64,000 bases of DNA from Leucobacter sp. GTDB taxonomy: Bacteria > Actinomycetota > Actinomycetes > Actinomycetales > Microbacteriaceae. A program made the translations under genes and the position numbers. The stretch is from the NCBI GenBank assembly GCA_047973175.1, contig JBKEBN010000105.1, positions 2,452-66,451 on the forward strand. Direction: 5' to 3'. The notes beneath the pieces are model-generated. The model did no database searches. It was not told the origin of the DNA and worked only from the letters and a program-made list of their open reading frames with translations. Numbering within the stretch: position 1 is the first letter of the stretch; every line of letters begins with the position of its first letter. Positions 59,999 to 64,000 of the stretch are shown here, piece after piece.

Positions 59999-60838
59999 TC
60001 AGGCCCACTTTCCTGTGCTTCGGAGTTCTCGCAGATCCCGCTCGACACGATTCCAGTCGACCCCCGGGGTCACCAGCTCGTACACTGCAGGGCCGCGATA
60101 GCCGCTGTCAGTGAGTGCGCTTGCAAAGTCCGAGAAGTTCACACCACCCTCGTGGAGATAGTCATGGCGGAAACGCACTCGATCGGTATCGCTCACGTGC
60201 GCGAGTCGCAGCACTGGTGCGACCGCGTTCACTTCGGTGCGGAAGTCCAGCTCACTGAAGTAGAGATTCGCGGCATCGATGACGCTTGCGAAGGCCGCGT
60301 CCGAGAGGGCGAAGGCCTCCTCCATCAGCACGGAGGGGGATTCGAGAAAACCGAAGGGTGCGTTCTCCAGAGCAATGCGAACGCCGGTGCGCTCTGCTAC
60401 GGGTATCAATTGCCTTAGGCTGTCACGGAACAGCGGCAGTGCGCGTTCATCAGGCATCGGGCTCAGCACGTTCTTCCTGCCTGGAACGGTGACGACTGTC
60501 TCGACCCCAATGCGTTGGGCCGCCTCGAGCAGGTGGGTCAGCTGGGCGATGGTAGCTTTGCGCTGCAACTCGATCGGACTGATCAGGTTGAGTTCAACCG
60601 TGTTGAGCGACACGATGGAGACCCCGGAGAACTCGGAGGCTTCGAGCAGTGCTGCCACTGTGCGCCCGACGTCGTCGAACTCGCAGATCGGTGAGCAGAG
60701 CACGACTTCAGCCTTCGCGAACCCGGCCTCCCGCATCGAGACCATTGAGTCGGCGAGCGACTGCGTCCAGAGGGTTCCGAAATTGGTTCCGACGAGTTCA
60801 GGCAGGGAGCCATGTGTATCTGTCTTGTTCTCGTTCAC
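59999..60838 (-). CDS. Sugar phosphate isomerase/epimerase (xylose-isomerase-like TIM barrel)
   Basis: LNLISP, VPGR, IALEN, DAAN, HVSDT, YE; GTGA overlap with upstream SDR. Confidence 0.82.
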   Translation of the reverse strand: MNENKTDTHGSLPELVGTNFGTLWTQSLADSMVSMREAGFAKAEVVLCSPICEFDDVGRTVAALLEASEFSGVSIVSLNTVELNLISPIELQRKATIAQLTHLLEAAQRIGVETVVTVPGRKNVLSPMPDERALPLFRDSLRQLIPVAERTGVRIALENAPFGFLESPSVLMEEAFALSDAAFASVIDAANLYFSELDFRTEVNAVAPVLRLAHVSDTDRVRFRHDYLHEGGVNFSDFASALTDSGYRGPAVYELVTPGVDWNRVERDLRELRSTGKWA

Positions 60839-61623
60839 GTCGCGTTGAACCCTCCGTCGACCGGGATATTGACACCGGAGATGTACTGAGCATCGTCGCT
60901 GAACATGAAAGAGGCGAGGCCGGAGATATCGCTCGGCTCGGCGAGCCGGCCCATTGGATAACTGGCCGCGGTGCGTCGAAGCGCCTCCTCGGGCGAGACC
61001 CCGTTCAGGCTGGAGCGATCCCGGTAGAGGCCTTCGACCAGCGGTGTTCTTGTCGTGCCCGGGGAGATGCAATTCACCCGCACTCCCGAGGGGCCGAAGT
61101 CCACTGCCATCTGGTAGCAGAGCGACACGAGCCCGCCTTTTGCGGCGGAGTAGGAGACTGTCGCGGGGATACCGTTCGTTGCGCACAGGCTCGCTTGGAA
61201 CAGGATCGTTCCTCCGCCATTCTCAAGAATGGCGGGCAACGCGGCTTTCGCGCTGTAGAACGCACCGGTGAGGTTGATCGAGATGAGTCGTTCCCAATTC
61301 TCAGGGGTAACCGTCAGGGCCGTCGCCGCGTCGTGGATTCCCGCGTTGGCGTACAGGCCGTCCACCGACCCCCACATCTCGACTGCGCGATCAGCCATTG
61401 CCCGGCAGCTGTCGAACGATGCGACGTCCACCTCGGCTGCGCCCGCGGTCCCGCCTACTTCTGAGATTCGGGTGACTACCTTCTCGGCCGCCGCGAGATC
61501 CCGGTCGGCCACGAGAACGTTCGCACCGTCCTGCGCCAACCGAATGGAGATATCTGCACCCAGTGATCCCGCGGCACCAGTGACGATGATTGTTTTGCCC
61601 TGCAAATATGACTGTCTCTGCAC
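60835..61623 (-). CDS. SDR oxidoreductase
   Basis: TGAAGSLG, ANAG, YSAAKGG, VRVNCISPG, PMGRLAEP. Confidence 0.9.
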   Translation of the reverse strand: MQRQSYLQGKTIIVTGAAGSLGADISIRLAQDGANVLVADRDLAAAEKVVTRISEVGGTAGAAEVDVASFDSCRAMADRAVEMWGSVDGLYANAGIHDAATALTVTPENWERLISINLTGAFYSAKAALPAILENGGGTILFQASLCATNGIPATVSYSAAKGGLVSLCYQMAVDFGPSGVRVNCISPGTTRTPLVEGLYRDRSSLNGVSPEEALRRTAASYPMGRLAEPSDISGLASFMFSDDAQYISGVNIPVDGGFNAT

Positions 61624-61977
61624 CGGATTCCTCTCTTTACGACGCTCCCTATTCTGGGACTGCGCTGGGTCGAACGGAATCGCGTTCGGTCGCACATATA
61701 GTGCGATCCTTCAACGGTCAAAGGAGGAAACGCCTTGCCGCAGTGTCCTTCTCCGCTTTCTCCGGTCAGCTACTGCGGATCATCCGGGGCTCCACGGGGC
61801 TTGACCAGGTCAGAAGTCATGTTATCAATTCGATAATCGGCAGAATCCCGGACTATATCTGCGATGAGTTGTGATTCCGTACTGCGGAGCCTGTTCCCTA
61901 CGCTGTCCGAAGAAGCGCTGTCGGCGGTGACCGCCGCTGATTGACGGTGCAGATGCCTGAACGAGGAGGTTCGTCAC

Positions 61978-63006
61978 GTGAAGAAGAACAGAGTATTGAT
62001 CGCTGGAGTTGCCGTCCTGAGCCTGGGCCTGGGCCTGGTTGGATGCAGTTCCGGTTCACAGGGTGGAGACGCTGGGAGCGAAGGGAAGACGGTCGGCATC
62101 TCGGCGCAGTTCATGGACGATCCGTTCCAGGTCGCGATGTACGGCGCGGTGGAGGACACCTCGAAGGAGCTGGGGTTCAAGGTGCTGCCGCTCGTTAACG
62201 CGGATTTCGACCTAGCGAAGCAGCTTACCGATATCAGGTCGCTGCTTGATCAGGGTGCTCAGGGCATCTTTGCCTCACCGGCGGATGAGGCCGGTATGGC
62301 CCCGGCCCTGCAGCAGGCAGAGGAGCGAGGTGCCCCCTTCATCTCGGTTGGAGCAACAACGCCCGGTGCCTATATCAGTGTCGTGTCTGACAATACCGCG
62401 ATGGCCGAGGCGAACTGCGAGTATCTCGGGGAAGCCGTTGGTGGTAAGGGAACGATTCTGATGACGATCGGTCCGCAGGAGGTCAAGTTCTTGGCTGAAC
62501 GCCGGAACGGGTTCACCGATTGCATCGGGGAGAATTTCCCCGAGATCAAGGTGAAGGAGTTCCTGGTTGGGCCGGATTCTCAGAAATGCTACGACTCCAT
62601 CAACACCGGCTTCAGCTCGGAGTCGGATGTCGTCGGCATTTTCACCCACAGTGATGCGGTGTGCGGCACCGCAGTTCCCAACGCGCTGAAGTCGCTCGGA
62701 AAGTTGAAGCCGGAGGGCGAAGACGGCCACATCTACTGGGGCGCGATCGACGGGAGCCCTGATGGACTGCAAGCCGTCAGAGACGGGTATCTCGATTTCC
62801 TCGCTTCGCAGCCGGCCGCCGAGTACGGTAGCACGAGCGCCGAGTGGATGGAGAAAGCGTTCACCGGGGAGGAGCCCAAGGTCGGAGAAACTGAGCACGG
62901 CAGTGAAGTGCGCGACATCGACGGTTCGCTGGTCGACGTGATTCCGTTCGTGCCGGTGACTAAGGACAATGTGGACGACAGCAGCCTGTGGGGTAACTCC
63001 AAGTGA
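61978..63006 (+). CDS. Sugar ABC substrate-binding lipoprotein (RbsB-like)
   Basis: Lipobox LVGC; DPF, RRNGF, IDG..DGL, SQP; RBS GAGGAGG. Confidence 0.9.
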   Translation: MKKNRVLIAGVAVLSLGLGLVGCSSGSQGGDAGSEGKTVGISAQFMDDPFQVAMYGAVEDTSKELGFKVLPLVNADFDLAKQLTDIRSLLDQGAQGIFASPADEAGMAPALQQAEERGAPFISVGATTPGAYISVVSDNTAMAEANCEYLGEAVGGKGTILMTIGPQEVKFLAERRNGFTDCIGENFPEIKVKEFLVGPDSQKCYDSINTGFSSESDVVGIFTHSDAVCGTAVPNALKSLGKLKPEGEDGHIYWGAIDGSPDGLQAVRDGYLDFLASQPAAEYGSTSAEWMEKAFTGEEPKVGETEHGSEVRDIDGSLVDVIPFVPVTKDNVDDSSLWGNSK

Positions 63007-64000
63007 ACCAGGAACCCTACCTCGTAGATGCGCAGAGCATCTCGAAGCGTTTCGGGTCTAACCAGGCGTTGGATGGAGTTTCGCTGCAGATCGGCGAGTC
63101 TGAGATTCACGCGCTCATCGGGGGTAACGGCGCAGGAAAGTCCACGCTGGTCGGGGCGATTACCGGGTTGTTGCAGCCTGATTCGGGAACAATCAGTTTC
63201 CAAGGTCAGCCTGCCCCTCCGACATCGGACCGAGAGGCCTGGAAGCAAAACGCTGCGTGCGTGTATCAGTATCCGACAGTGGTGCCCGAACTCAGCATTG
63301 CTGAGAATCTGTTCCTCGGCAACCCACGGAAGACGCGGAGTGGCCTTCTGGATTGGCGGAGGATGCGGGCTGAAGCGCGGGAGATTCTCGGCAGCTGGGG
63401 TCTTGCACTCGACGTCACCAGGTCCGCGAGCACTCTGCGCGTGGGTGAGCGCCAGATCGTCGAGATCGCCCGTGCGCTCTTGCTCGGCAGTCGCTTCGTC
63501 ATCCTTGACGAGCCGACTGCCGGGCTGGCAGCCGCGGAAGTGAAACTTCTCTCGGATCGTGTGAAAGCGCTTCGCGGAGAGGGGGTCTCTTTCCTCTACA
63601 TCAGCCACTACATGGAGGAGATCTTTGACCTCTGCGACCGCGCCACATTCCTGCGTGACGGCAGGATCATCGGCACCTTCGACGTCGCGGATCTCAGCAC
63701 TGGCCGTGCCGTCGAACTCATGGTGGGAGAGACGGCCGCAATACGCATCGCCGAGCTCGAAGCTGCCTCCGCCGAGGAACGGATCCCAGAGGATGCCCAG
63801 ACTGTTCTGCAGGTGCAGGGTGTTGAAGCCGTTCCCGGGGAGAGTGTGAGCTTCGAGGTGCGCGAGGGCGAGATCTTCGGACTCGCCGGCGGCGCGAGTT
63901 CGGGGAACGTGGCGCTTGCCCGGCGAATCGCGGGAATGAACAGGGCTGCGGGGGGTACCGTGCTGCTGCGCGGTGCTCCGCTTACCGATGATCGCCCCGA
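63003..64000 (+). CDS. Sugar ABC ATP-binding protein (3' truncated by window edge; absent from ORF track)
   Basis: GTG at 63003 overlaps the SBP stop; ISKRFG, HALIGGNGAGKST, QIVEIARAL, ILDEPT, YISHYMEEI. Confidence 0.9.
   Translation, partial: MNQEPYLVDAQSISKRFGSNQALDGVSLQIGESEIHALIGGNGAGKSTLVGAITGLLQPDSGTISFQGQPAPPTSDREAWKQNAACVYQYPTVVPELSIAENLFLGNPRKTRSGLLDWRRMRAEAREILGSWGLALDVTRSASTLRVGERQIVEIARALLLGSRFVILDEPTAGLAAAEVKLLSDRVKALRGEGVSFLYISHYMEEIFDLCDRATFLRDGRIIGTFDVADLSTGRAVELMVGETAAIRIAELEAASAEERIPEDAQTVLQVQGVEAVPGESVSFEVREGEIFGLAGGASSGNVALARRIAGMNRAAGGTVLLRGAPLTDDRP

Overview
High-GC actinobacterial chromosome segment; gene style suggests Microbacteriaceae (inference). It is dominated by aromatic catabolism. 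1-4867: beta-ketoadipate genes (pcaB partial, pcaD, pcaC, pcaI, pcaJ, pcaF). 5015-16964: an orphan catabolic block (esterase, IclR, PhdK-like aldehyde dehydrogenase, SDR, class II aldolase/decarboxylase, NAD-epimerase, Baeyer-Villiger-type monooxygenase, and a hydantoinase A/B pair whose B subunit has a fused acetone-carboxylase-gamma-like Cys4 domain). It is followed by a MobA-like hydroxylase and PcaR. 19906-24707: shikimate utilisation. 24915-32072: NAD-glutamate dehydrogenase, M23 peptidase, TMEM175 protein. 32063-36249: pobA and padR, divergent from vanAB. 36491-49766: aldehyde and alcohol dehydrogenases, a sugar-type ABC importer, AraC and IclR. 49968-53603: HspR-controlled clpB lacking its N-terminal domain, a hairpin cluster and a Fic gene. 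53615-64000: a compositionally distinct island (LysR, SDRs, an alpha/beta hydrolase with Ala at the nucleophile position, MBL hydrolase, MFS, EthD-like protein, epimerase, ABC importer). Intergenic regions hold a MITE, REP-like palindromes, short tandem repeats and several operator candidates. No rRNA, tRNA, CRISPR array, integrase or transposase was seen. All family calls are from motif recognition, not database searches.
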